DNA of 64,000 nucleotides from Octopus sinensis (lineage: Eukaryota): contig NC_043002.1 in assembly GCF_006345805.1 (NCBI RefSeq), positions 87,792,001 to 87,856,000 on the forward strand. Direction: 5' to 3'. Made by a program: the position numbers and the translations under genes. The notes beneath the pieces were generated by a model. That model worked only from the letters and a program-made list of their open reading frames with translations, searched no databases and was not told where the DNA came from. Positions 14,324-27,787 of this stretch are shown here, one piece after another; within the stretch, counting starts at the first letter, position 1, and each line of letters begins with the position of its first letter.

Positions 14324-15024
14324 ATATCTATATATATTGTAAGTAATTTAGTCTCATGAGGTATTTCTAAGATTAATAAAACAGATTTAACCTCAGTAGA
14401 TATCTTAAAAATTAGAAGAACAAAATCACAGCGCTGTAGTTAAGAGGTTCAATTTATGCACGTAGCTCTTCATATAAACTTGAGAGAGCAATAAATTTTT
14501 AGTAGAATTTAGCAGATTGAGAATGTGTGGAATCCCGTCGGTGTGTATGTGTATTAGTGCATATCGGTGTAAACTAGTGTCTAGTTGCGACTAGACTCAT
14601 TATCTCAAACAGTGGCTCCGTAAATAAATATGTGAATCAAACTGAATTAAGTATCGATTTCAAATTTTGACACGAGGCCAGCAATTTCAGGGGAGGGGCA
14701 AGTCGATTATATCAATCCTAGTGCTCATCTGGTACTTATTTTATCAACTCCGAAAGGTTGAAAGGCAAAGCCAACCTCTCCAGCATTTGAACTCAGAACG
14801 TAAAGACGGATTAAATGTCGCTAAGCATTTTGCCCGACGTGCTAACGATTCTGCCAGCTCCCCGCCTTGAAACTGAATTAAATATGGCGATTAAAATAAT
14901 CAGCTAAAATACTTGAAGGCGGTGCCCCAGCTTGGTTACAGTTAAATGATTTCAACTAGTAATAGAACAACATAGTTACGACGCCACTGATGATATACAA
15001 GCTAAGACTTATGCTACCTGAAAA

Positions 15025-15432
15025 GGCATTCCAGGTGTGAATGCCACCGATAAAGCCGTGGGAACGTGCATTTGTACGCGCAAGTACATCAGCTCTTAGC
15101 GATCGATACTACGCGTACGCGAGAAAAATGCAAGTGCAGTTTGCACAAAAAAAGCCGGCTGGTTTGAAATAATGCCACAAAATGCAGTATATTTAAGAGA
15201 CAAAAAAGTAAGATGCAAAGGAGATATTTTCTTGAAACTTGGCATGAAGGAAGGAAAGACTATTTGGTTTCTCAAGGAGTTCTTTTTGTCTTAACTTCGT
15301 TTAACAAAACCAAAAATTTTATTGAAATAAAAGCATGCTTAATTATTTTTTAATGAAAAGAAAACACTGATTGCTTTTTATTCAGCAGATATTATTCAGC
15401 ACCGTCCATTGGACGGGGGGCGTCTTGCTCGT
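15025..15432 (+). mobile_element. Helitron-like element fragment related to 600-950
   Basis: Perfect hairpin CCGTCCA-T-TGGACGG at 15402-15416 near the 3' end. Confidence 0.55.
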
Positions 15433-15764
15433 GTTTATATAAGTACATGTATATGCTATGCATACATGTGTATATAGTTATATATTTATTCATACGTACT
15501 TAGAATAATTAAGTTATCATTTATGTTTGGTGTTAATGATATCTTTTCTTCATCATATCCACTTCGCGTTGGAGTATCGTTATAGCAACCTGAGTTGTCA
15601 TTAACGACGTATTCATTAGCTAAAAGATCAGTAATTTTAATTCTCACTAAACAATATATGTATCGAGGATGATTGGATTTTTCAATTAATGAAATGTAGA
15701 ATTTTTATTATGTTTATAATAGGAATAAAGACCAGAATTTAATTCCTTTATCTTTGTCTCAATG

Positions 15765-15864
15765 NNNNNNNNNNNNNNNNNNNNNNNNNNNNNNNNNNNN
15801 NNNNNNNNNNNNNNNNNNNNNNNNNNNNNNNNNNNNNNNNNNNNNNNNNNNNNNNNNNNNNNNN
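15765..15864. other. Assembly gap (100 N)
   Basis: Run of N. Confidence 1.
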
Positions 15865-17060
15865 TAATATGTACAATTAGTGTGTCACACACCGAGTTTG
15901 AGTATGACAAGAGGACCTGGGGTGTGAGGTCCTCACGGATGTACATAGCAACACCTCCATGACTCCTTTCTTTCCTGTCGGTCCGTAGTACAGCATACTG
16001 TGGTATGTGTAACTCCGCATCTGCTATGTCCGGTTTCAGGTGCGTTTCTGTAAGTGCTATGCATAAGGCTTGATTGCATGCAACAAAGTCTCTCAGGAAC
16101 GGGATCTTTGTCCTGTTACTGAGTGTTTGCAGTCCTCTGTTGTTCAGTAGGAGTATCGAGGTGAGGTGTACGTTGTTGCCGGCGGTGTCATCCTGTGTCA
16201 GTTTGCTGTGGTGGTCTGGTATATAGTGGGTAGTCCCACCTGCGGGCTTGGGTTTGATGAAGCCAGGTCAGCTGCTGTACAATCTTTTGTGCCATGCAAA
16301 AAAAGATTGTTGCTCAGCAGCTGCTCTTTCGACAACATCATGTTGGCTGTTTGTGGCGCGCACAACATCTGCGTACCTCCGCTTTGGGGCAGGTGGTGCG
16401 TGGTCCATCCCTTTTCTTTGTGTTGATGGTTTGTCCATCTGCCTCGTGTCTCTGTGGCAGGGTCCCCGATGTGCAAAGCGGCAGCCTGCACCTTCCTTTC
16501 CATGCCAGCAGGAACCTCTCAGGTAGAACATACACACCCTGTGTCCGCTGTTGGTTCCATCCTTTGCGGTTCCACTTCTATTCCTGGTTGTTTCACTCTT
16601 TGGTCCTGCTTGAGCTTTTCTTTTCCTTTAGCTCTTCCAGTCCTTCTTTTAGTTCTTCTTCCTCCCTCTACCTCTTCACCGGGTTCTCCGTCTCCATGGC
16701 CCTGCTGCCGGTGGAGAACTTGCACCTGGGTTCACTTCCCGGGCAGGTTTCTCATTCAAAACCTCCTCCCGGGCGTCCACCAGGTGGGGGTGACTTCTTT
16801 CATCGTCTCCATTCTTGCCATCTTTGCCCCTCTCGTTCTCAAAGATGGCATCAAGTGTGCCAATGTGCGACCGTACAAGCGCATATGAGCGCACGAATTC
16901 CGTCTCTTCGCTCCATCTGAGCCGCTGTCCTCTGTAGCCTCTGCTCTTCAGCGCAGCCGCAATCACCTCCCTAGGGCTATCTCCGCCGGCGCACTCCCAT
17001 GCTCGTACGAATAAATCCAGCTCGTCACGTCTCCATGCTCTAGACATGCTGGATAATCCG
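15865..17060 (-). mobile_element. 5' part of a LINE: disrupted ORF1 (coiled coil, CCCH finger) and start of ORF2 APE endonuclease
   Basis: The minus strand at about 16165-15865 reads LTSILLLNNRGL...CIALTETHLKPDIADAELHIPQYAVLRTDRKERSHGGVAMYIR (APE motifs). The ORF1 region has CMFYLRGSCWHGKEGAGCRFAH. GC-rich relative to its flanks and truncated by the gap. Confidence 0.85.
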
Positions 17061-17099
17061 TCTATCCGTTTATCTATCTAATTATGTTCGAGAGAAGAC

Positions 17100-18270
17100 A
17101 GGAAGATATTAAGGCTAATTAGAAGATAGAGTACTTGAAAAAGAAATATTAACAATATTAAAGTTTGTGTAAAAACGTTATTTAATCTTAAGGCTAATTA
17201 GGGGATAGAGTATCTGAAAATGTATTAGCAATATTAATATTATATTAGAGTGTGGATAAAAACGTTGTTTAATCTTAAGGCTAATTAGGAGATAGAGTAT
17301 CTGAAAATATATTAGCAATATTAATATTATATTAGAGTGTGGGTAAAAAACGTTATTTAATCTTAAGGCTAATTGGAGATAGAGTATCTGAAAATATATT
17401 AGCAATATTATATGTGGGAATATTAAACGTTATTTAATTAATCTTAAGGCTAATTAGAAGACAGAGTATCTGAAAAATTATAATACAATATAAGCAAATA
17501 TAACCGTTATTTAATTTAATCTTAGGCTAATTAGACGTTATTAATATTAAACGTTATTTAATTAATCTTAAGGCTAATTAGAAGATAGAGTATCTGAAAA
17601 TATATTAGCAATATTAATATTATATTAGAGTGTGGATAAAAACGTTATTTAATCTTAAGGCTAATCAGGAGATAGAGTATCTGAAAATATATTAGCAATG
17701 TTAATATTATATTAGAGTGTGGGTAATATTAAACGTTATTTAATTTAATCTTAAGGCTAATTAGAAGATAGAGTATCTGAAGAATTATAACAATATTAAA
17801 CAATATTAAACGTTATTTAATTTAATCTAAGGCTAATCAACAATAATTATAACAATATTAAACAATATTAAACGTTATTTAATTTAATCCTAAGGCTAAT
17901 TAACAATAATTATTAACAATATTAAACGTTATTTAATTTAATCCTAAGGCTAATTAACAATAATTATTAACAATATTAAACGTTATTTAATTAATCCTAA
18001 GGCTAATTAGACGTTATTAATATTAAAAGTTATTTAATTTAATCTTAAGGCTAATTAGAAGATAGAGTATCTGAAAAATTATTAACAATATTAAACAATA
18101 TTAAACGTTATAAATTAATCTTAAGGCTAATTAACATAATTATTAACAATATTAAACAATATTAAACGTTACTTAATTTAATCCTAAGGCTAATTTGACG
18201 GTATCAATATTAAACGTTATTTATTTAATCTTAAGGCTAATTAGAAGATAGAGTATCTGGAAAATTATTA
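17100..18270. repeat. AT-rich minisatellite with variable ~40-80-bp units
   Basis: Recurrent core aacgttatttaatcttaaggctaattag(aagatagagtatctgaaaa), immediately 5' of the LINE ORF1. Confidence 0.9.
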
Positions 18271-18720
18271 TATCGAGAACAGATATTGAAAAGTAAACAA
18301 ACAAAATGACGATCGCAACTTTAACTAAGATGTGGGCCTAAGTGAAAATAAAATAGAATAATAAATAAAATATGAAATAGATGAAATTGATACTTAATCC
18401 GACAATGTGGTCTGGATTTTTTTTTTTTTGGTTTACGGGATTTTTTTCAGGAGAGATGCTTCTTTTTTTCTTTCTTGCAGGAGATAACTTGATTCAGTTA
18501 TTTTTGCACCATGTGCGTTTCAGCGAAAATGAAAATTACTGTGTATATGTATATATTTATATATATATTTTTTTAAATATTTTTAACCAAAGTGTTGTAG
18601 TGATCTCTATGACTTAGAGTTTTACGTTTTGCAACTACAGTGGGTTATTTCGCCGTTCTATGCAAACTTTTTCACAGAGCAAAGGCAATCACGTCTTTCT
18701 CTGCTTGAAAACGGAACCGG

Positions 18721-18767
<47 letters not shown>

Positions 18768-18842
18768 ATATATGTATATATATAATATATGTATAGATAT
18801 ATATATATATGTATATCATAATATATATATATATATGTATAG

Positions 18843-18888
<46 letters not shown>

Positions 18889-19537
18889 GTATATATATGT
18901 ATATATATATATGTATATATTATGTATATATATAATATATATATGTATATATATGTATATATAATATGATATATATGTATATATATATATGTTATATATG
19001 TATATATATGCATATATATGTATATATATAGTATATATGTATATATATATATGTATATATATGTATATATATGTATATATATATATGTATATATATGATT
19101 ATATATAATGTATATATATGTATATATATATATGTTATATATATATAATGTATATATATGTATATATATATATGTATATATATGTATGAATATATATGTA
19201 TATATATGTATATATATATATATATATGTAATATATATATGTATATATTGTAATATATATATGTATATATATGTATATATATATATGTATATATATGTAT
19301 GTATATATATGTATATATATGTATGTATATATATGTATATATATGTATATATATATTGTATATATATGTATATATATAATGTATATATATGTAATATATA
19401 TATGTATATATATATGTATATATATTATGTATATATATATATGTATATATAGTATATATATATATTGTATATATATGTATATATATATATAGTATATATA
19501 TGTATGTATATATATGTATATATATATTTATGTTATA

Positions 19538-19615
<78 letters not shown>

Positions 19616-20709
19616 ATATACGCCTGTTTGTGACGTCCTGTTTTTGTTATTATTAATATCATTATTGTTTTTACGTATTTTTGTATTCATATTCGTGTAA
19701 TATCGTCCGATTTTTCGTCTTTGTTTTGTATATATTCGAGGCTTTCTTCCAAGGAATCTAACGCGCTTAGCTTAGATTTTCCTTTGGGGCTGACCAGATT
19801 GGACCAATCTCAAGATTAATCAACCGAAATTGTGAGGATGATCCGGTTCTTGACTGAAGATTGAAGGCTTCGAATGTCCCGTCCGTGTTTTTTGTATCGT
19901 CTTCTAAACGTTTTGCGTTCTTGTCCCAGTTTGTATTTTTTACATATATATATATTATATATTATATATGTTGTTTGTGTTGTATGTATGTATGTATGTA
20001 TGTATGTATATATGTATGTATGAATGCACAACAAATACATAGATAAAGCACACACACAGACACATGTTATGTATATATATATATGTGTGTGTGTGGTGTG
20101 TATGCGTGTGAGTACGTGTGTGTGTGTGTGTATTTTTTGTGTATTTGATGTGGGCTTGTGAATGGTTAGCTAAATCTATCTTTAATAGTTTTTAAACAAT
20201 GAAATGGTTAAGCAAAATTCTGATTTTTGAACTCATGCATAATCTATGAAAAACTTTGTTTTGTTGAATGTCACTGTAAATAGAACGATAGCGAGGTGGG
20301 GAGGTTGGTGAGACGAACGACGGAAACAGATAAAAGAATATTGACAACACAGCTTTGTATATATATTTTAGACATATATGTGTCATACATATACATTTTC
20401 AAACTGTTCTAGTTTCTGCTATTGTTGTTTGTTTATGTCGTTGCTATATTTCTTATCGAAGTAATTGTTAGCCGACTTTGCGTCGTTTTATTTGTTTTTT
20501 AATGAATTAATGGAAGGATTAAACTTCGACTTTAATTGATTTACCCGATTTTGCGTTGGTCTCATCCCACACATATAATTATCTAAATAATTATCTAAAT
20601 CTACATCTCTATCTATCTATCTATCTATCTATATATATATATATATATACATGTATACATTATACATATACACATATATATATATATAATATATATATAA
20701 TATATATAT

Positions 20710-20790
<81 letters not shown>

Positions 20791-20929
20791 GATATATATA
20801 TATATACATATATATATATGTATATATATATATATACATACACATGTATACATATATATATATTATATATATATACATATATATATATATCTATATATAT
20901 ATATATATATACACATGTATACATATATA

Positions 20930-20960
<31 letters not shown>

Positions 20961-20963
20961 CAT

Positions 20964-21009
<46 letters not shown>

Positions 21010-21054
21010 TACACATGTATACATATATATATATATATATATACATACACATGT

Positions 21055-21100
<46 letters not shown>

Positions 21101-21104
21101 GTAT

Positions 21105-21197
<93 letters not shown>

Positions 21198-21900
21198 TAT
21201 ATATATGGTAAATATTATTAATTTAACAATTAACAATTTTATCAAGTATTTCGGCATAGATAAAAACCATCATCGGTAAAAACTTTTTTTTTTTTGTAAT
21301 TATAAACATTAATTAAGGGATCAGCAGAAGTTGCTTCACCACATACCGAAATTTAGAAATAGCAGTCAAACTACTAATTCTTCCACTGCAATATACCTCC
21401 ACAGACAGTTAATACTCGTAATTTACACTGTCTGTTGAGGCTGTTGCTGTTGTTGCTGTTAATGTGATATTAACTTTTGACTGAATACCAACGCAATTTG
21501 TCACACGCCTTCAAACTAAACAAATTATCGTAAAAAGAAGCACATCAAGGGCGGTGGTTAGTACTAATAATCTGTAGTTGATCACACCAGTCATAATTGT
21601 GTTATGATAGATGCACTAAAATGTATTGCCAGAAAATAATATAAATAACACAAGTTATTCATTGAACACACACACATTTTTTTATCTCTTTTGGTTATTA
21701 GACTGTGGTCATGCTGGTGCACCGTCTTGAATTTTTAGTCGAAGGAATCGACTCCAGTTCTTGTTTTTTTATTTATTTTTTCTATGCCTGATGCTTACTC
21801 TATCGGTCGCTTTTGCCGAACTGCAATGTTACGGGGACGTAAGCACACTAACACTGGCTGTAAAGCAGTGGTGTGGGACAAACACAGATACAAAGACACA

Positions 21901-21937
<37 letters not shown>

Positions 21938-22309
21938 CGGGCTTCATTCAGTTTCTATCAAGCAAATTCAGTCACAAGGCTTTGGTCGGCTGAGGTTATA
22001 GTAGGAAACACTTGTCCAAGGTACAATATAATGGGACTGAAACCGGAACCATGTGCTTAGGAAACAAACTTCTTACCATGCAGCCACGCCTGTACTTTTC
22101 TTATGTTTTACTTGTTTCAGTACAGAACTGCGGCCATGCTAGGCACCTCTTTAAGAGTTTTAATCAAATGAATCGGGACCAGTACTTAATATTTTAAGCC
22201 TGGTACTTATACTACCAAACCCGATAAGTTACCGGGACGTAAATAAACCAGCACCGGTTGCCAAGTGGTGACGAGGGACAAACACAAAGGCACAAATACA
22301 CGCACACAC

Positions 22310-22340
<31 letters not shown>

Positions 22341-22483
22341 TGTATGTATGTATGTATGTATGTATGTATGTATGCATGTATGTACGTACGTGTGTGTATG
22401 TATGTATGTATGTACGTACGTGTGTATGTATGTATGTATGTATGTATGTATGTATGTATGTATGTATGTATGTCGTTATTCAC

Positions 22484-22588
22484 TTTTATTTCAAAATATT
22501 TTACCAATAGAGAAAGAGCTGGTTTCTAACCTATATCCAAGTTTCTTTCATTGGAATTTCAACATCAACAACAGGGGATTTTTCTAAG
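22484..22588 (-). repeat. Diverged duplicate of 22745-22850 (probable 3' end of the same element)
   Basis: ttttatttcaa...ccaatagaga..tttctaac...cattggaatttcaacatcaacaa occurs twice, each copy bounded by (TATG)n. Confidence 0.7.
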
Positions 22589-22744
22589 TATGTATGTGTG
22601 TATGTATATATGCATATGTGCAGATTTGTAGTATGTATGTACGATGTCTGTATGTATGTATGTATGTATGTATGTATGTATGTATGTACGTATGTAAGTG
22701 TGTATGCATTATGCATGTATGTATATATTTGTGTATGTATGTAT

Positions 22745-23610
22745 TGTTCAGTTTTATTTCAAGATTCCTTGCCAATAGAGAAAAAGCCAGTTTCTAACAT
22801 AGATTCAAGGCTCCTTCATTGGAATTTCAACATCAACAAAAGGAAGGGTATTTTTGTTTGTATGTATATATGTATATATTCAGATTGTAGGTTTTGCTTT
22901 ACGTATGTATTCTCATTCATATAGTTGCATATCTAGACATGCTCATATATATTTAAATGATAAACTTCTAGAAAGTTTTACAGACTTTTACAGTTCCAAT
23001 GATGGATTGGACCTATAGTCTTCGAATTAGCTTTCTCCTTTCTGGTTTTGAGAAGCCTAATTTCTCAAGATTGGTATTTAGGCAGTATCTATATCCCAGG
23101 TCCCTAATAATTACAGGTATAAACCTGAACTTGTAACCTAGATAGAGTAGCTGCAGATTTCTCAATAGTTCAACGTAGGTATTCATTTTTTCACTTATCT
23201 TCAGCTTTATGTTAACATCCGCTGGACAGCTAATTCCCACAACTATGCACAGTTTCTTTTCTCTATCCCAAATCATTATGTCAGGTCTGTTGTGCTTACA
23301 TTTTATTGAGATCTACACTGGGACATTCCACCAGTACTCCTTTTTATTATGAGTGGATATGGCTACAACTATACTGTGGGTTTTTATTTCTTTGTCCTAG
23401 GTGTTATCTTTCCGGCGGATTTCATTGTAGAGTTTTCTAGCTACATCATATCTGATCGGTAGATAATACCGTGATGACATTTTCGGACAACTGATTATGA
23501 TGTAGGTGATATCTTCTGTTAACTCCACAAAGTCTGCATCGTTTGTCACATTTTATTGTTTTTCCTGCATCTCTGTCCCTTGTGTCCATCTGGTACTTGG
23601 CTGATATTTC
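22745..23610 (-). mobile_element. 3' fragment of an R4/Dong-like non-LTR retrotransposon (restriction-like endonuclease)
   Basis: The minus strand reads CRLC...HII..CP (CCHC) and KHNRPDIMIWDREKKLCIVVGISCP...KFRFIPVII. It is embedded in (TATG)n. Confidence 0.8.
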
Positions 23611-23615
23611 CTGTT

Positions 23616-23647
<32 letters not shown>

Positions 23648-23944
23648 TGTATGTATGTATTATGTATGTATGTATGTATGTATGTATGTATATACGTACG
23701 TATGTATGTACCTATGTATGTATGTATGACAGGATATTTTCAGTTTCCGTCAACCAAATCCACTCACAAGGCTTCGTTCGACTCGGAGCTATAATAGAAG
23801 ACATTTGTCCCAGGTGTCATTGAATGGGATTGAATCTAGAACTATGTGGTTGAGAAGCAAAATTTTTACTACAAAACCACGCCGGTATCTCTCTCTCTCC
23901 CTCTCTCTCTCCCTCCCTCTCTCTCTCTCTCTCTCTCCCTTGGT

Positions 23945-23977
<33 letters not shown>

Positions 23978-24285
23978 TATAATCTTTTAATTGAGTTAGT
24001 CATTGTACTGCACTCATACTGGGGCACCACCTTGAAAGGTTTTCGCCGAATGCATCGATTCAAATACTTAATTTTTTAAGCTTGATTCTTAGTATATAGG
24101 ATCTTTTGCTGAACCGCTAAGTTACGGAGATGAAAACAAACCATTCTTGGTTGTTAAGCGGTTGGCGGGTGATGGACACACATCTTTTGTACTTGTCTAG
24201 CGTCTCGGATTTTACCCGACCACTTCCATGCATTCTATGCTTTTCTAAAGAAAATTTATAATTATATATATATATATATATATAT

Positions 24286-24543
24286 GGAGGCGCAATGGCC
24301 CAGTGGTTAGGGCAGCGGACTCGCTGTGAGTGTTTATTGAGCGAAAACACCTATAGCTCCACGATTTACGGCAAGGGGGGGGGGATCCCTGCTGTACTCT
24401 TCTGCCACAACCTTCTCTCTTTCTTCTGTTGGCCTGCTTGCTTAGCCAGCGGGGTGGCGTCATTTGAAGGCTAAAACAATGCGAGGCGCATTGTGACCAG
24501 CGATTTGTAGCAACATCTGATAGCCTGGTCGGTCACGGTGACA

Positions 24544-24548
<5 letters not shown>
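24286..24548 (+). mobile_element. SINE family A (tail type 2), internally deleted
   Basis: Similar to 2682-2990 and flanked by (TA)n. Confidence 0.8.
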
Positions 24549-24583
<35 letters not shown>

Positions 24584-25455
24584 ACAGGCTTCTTTCATTT
24601 TCCGCCTACCAAATCCCCTCACAAGGCTTTGGTCGGCCCGAGGCTATAGCAGAAGACACTTGCCCCAGGTGCCACGACGGTGTTCCACATAGTTTCCATC
24701 AATCTCCGACTGCTTCCGGTCTGTCACAATGTTTCCAAATGGATAACGATATGAAAGGCTCCTTTACCAAAATTATAGTAAATATAAATCCGTTTGGATA
24801 TGGAAACAAAATAGAATTCTTATTTTGCAGTCCCTGAATTTCAGTCGTTATACCAATACCTAACTTTACCATTTGATAAAGATCGATCAAATAAGTGCGA
24901 GACGGAAAGTTAAAATTTATCTCGATCTTAAAGTTTACTTATGCGGGAACTTACCCCAATTTTCAGGGTGTACAAATACCTCTCCACCACGAACGCCACA
25001 ACTGTACAAGATGCCCACTATTGGGCAGGACGCTAATTTTCCAAAAGTTTATCTTCTAGCTGCTGCTGCTGTCTCTCTGTACTCGATTTCGGTTAAGTAG
25101 ACTGGAGTATTATGAAATGAAATGCCTTCTTCAAGGACGCAACGTGCCACGGGTTCAGGAACCGAACCCACGGCTTTATAATCTCGAGTACAACATCTGA
25201 ACTGCTAAGCTATGTGTCTTCGATTCAAAACGTAGTTTGATAACAGAAAATCCCTTGAGGGCAATGTCTTCGAATGGCTGCAATTCAACGACTAAAATCA
25301 ATAAATATAAAACAAAACAAACTATTCTGCTGTTTCAATGTAACATGTTTCTGAAAAAAAAGCCATTGTAAATAAAAAATATAAACCTACGCATCTTATA
25401 TCAAATATAAATTATAAACACAGTTTCTGTTTCTTGTTATTTTTATTTCTGTCAG

Positions 25456-25496
25456 GCATATCTGAAAGGACACGAAGTGAACCAAACTATCACAAA
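25456..25496 (+). CDS. GPR137: GPR137-like coding exon 2 (41-nt small exon, AYLKGHEVNQTIT+AA)
   Basis: Pyrimidine tract ttttatttctgtcag, donor GTAAGT at 25497. Phase 0 in and phase 2 out restores the frame between exons 1 and 3 (AA|G = Lys). Confidence 0.82.
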
Positions 25497-26074
25497 GTAA
25501 GTAATATCATCACATTTCTTTTTCTTGTTTGTCAACAGCCTGCGTTCATACGATATGAACATAGATGTCATAGCTGTGTTATATTTGAAAAATTATTTTC
25601 GTGACTGAAAAATAATGTAATTGATAGCTTTCCGTAGTATTTTCAACTTCATTGCAGAGATATTTTCTTCTAAATATTACCACAATGTTGACAAAATCTA
25701 TAAATCCTGACTATGTTTTGGGGAAAGAAAGAGATAGAAAGGAAGAGCAGATATCTTTTAACATACTTGGATACATTAAAAAATATATAATCCAGTTTTA
25801 ACCTATATTTTTGTCATTTTGCTTCACAGACTAACTAAACAGCTGGAATCTTTAGAAAAAAATGCGTCTTAATGTTATATATTCACTGTCTTTCAAGCTC
25901 AACAAATATTAAGACACTTAACGAGAGAATCTAAGGAAAAACAAAACATTCGCTCCTTTACAAGTCTAACAAATATTAACACTTTTAGTGTGATATGAGT
26001 TTGCTGTTTATAAATCTTTGCACTATTTTTCTTTTGTAAATTTCAGTTTGTTTAATTTAGAGAACTTACATAAA

Positions 26075-26291
<217 letters not shown>

Positions 26292-27552
26292 TGTTTATTA
26301 GCCACACAGGGCTGCACACAGGCGGGATAGATTACAAAGTAGAGCTTTTCTTTCGGGGAGAGAGAAGAAAAAAAAAAGAAGAGGTAGGTTAGGTTATCGA
26401 TCAAAAGGGATCGTAAAAGGGAAAGAAGAAAAAAAAGGAAAAAATGGTAGATAGATAGATATTAATCGCTCTAATGATAAGCGGCTAATGTCATTAATCA
26501 AAAGTATTTGAACACTGCTGAACTAAACGTAGAAATGCAAGGGAGACAACTCAAAATGAAATTTAAAAAAGCATAATAACTTCCATGTTTGCTGATAATC
26601 GTACACTACTTGTCAAACACGCTTATACTTTTCCTTGTATGAGATTAAAGCTCAATGATTTATTTTCGTTTCTTCTCTGCAAGTCATAGAAAAATTTTGA
26701 ACTTGTTCATTTCTGTTAAACATAATAAAGATAAGCTATAATTAAAAAACATGCTAGAACGCCGAGAAAAAATGTAGTAAACTGTGGAAGAATTTATAAA
26801 AGTCAATAGGAAATTATTTTGTATCAAGAAAACTAATATTTTCCACAATATTCGATTTAATTCCATAGTATTTTTGTTTGTTGTATTGGAATGTTTTATA
26901 TATTTCTCTTTATACTTTACATTGTCGAGCGGTTACTGTTTACATCTCGCTCTGAGAAAGTGTGTCTCACATCACTTAGTTTTCCTCAAATTGATCTTAA
27001 GGGTAAAGAATATGTAATATTTTACAGTATTTAATAGTTTTCACTGGGATTAAAATATTATCTGATTATATGGCTTTATTCAATAGCCCCAATTTCCCAA
27101 ATAATGATTTTGTTATCAGACACCTCACTGTCTTTAGCGGGTTATTATGATTGTTCATTGGAATTTGTAGTGTCAACAAAATAAAAAAAATAGCCGGTAG
27201 AAATATTAACTGAGGCACTAATTAAATTTAGTAGATTAGATCGTTTTAATTAAATTGATATTCTTTTATTCTTTTACTCGATACAATATTCTTAATATAA
27301 GAGAAAGCGAAAAATTTATAGTGGATTAACTTGTGCGACATATCTTAATTTTAGTTATTTTAAGAGACTGAGGATTAAAGACAGGTTTGTCTACGTAAAG
27401 AACTGAAGGTAATGGGTTATTTAAAAATCTACGTTGACACACTATTTTAGTTTGAAGCCAGGATATTACGAAATTCTTAAAACGTTTTATATCTGTAATA
27501 GATTCATAATATGTCTGTATAGCCGTCATGTATTTTTTTGCTTTCCTTTTAG

Positions 27553-27787
27553 GAATCAGTCTAATCTACTGCTTGGTTTGGCTGCCATTTTGTTTCTTGT
27601 GATCAACATCACATTTGCGACGCTGACTTTGAGGGCCCAAAGATACAAGAAACGTTTTGTGATGGAATATTTGTACGCACGAGTAATTATCAACGATGGT
27701 TTGTTCCTGGCTACAGCTTCGTTCCTAATTATTGTCATTGTCAAACTTTCTAAAGTTCCTATTTCCAAACGTTCCCTGGAAGCAAGG
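27553..27787 (+). CDS. GPR137: GPR137-like coding exon 3
   Basis: Acceptor ctttccttttag. Encodes NQSNLLLGLAAILFLVINITFA...ARVIINDGLFL...SLEAR (family motif RVxINDxLF). Donor GTAAGC at 27788. Confidence 0.92.

Noticed and set aside
16294-16920. 208-aa + strand ORF
   Set aside because: It is the antisense shadow of the GC-rich LINE ORF1.
17100-18270. CRISPR-like repeat/spacer appearance
   Set aside because: The inter-repeat segments are themselves repetitive, the context is eukaryotic and there are no cas genes, so this is a minisatellite.
19745-19885. Hammerhead-like words (CTGAAGA...CGAAT; cgaaattg) in the repeat shared with 100-365
   Set aside because: The core is incomplete (no GAAA in register) and the stems are not convincing.
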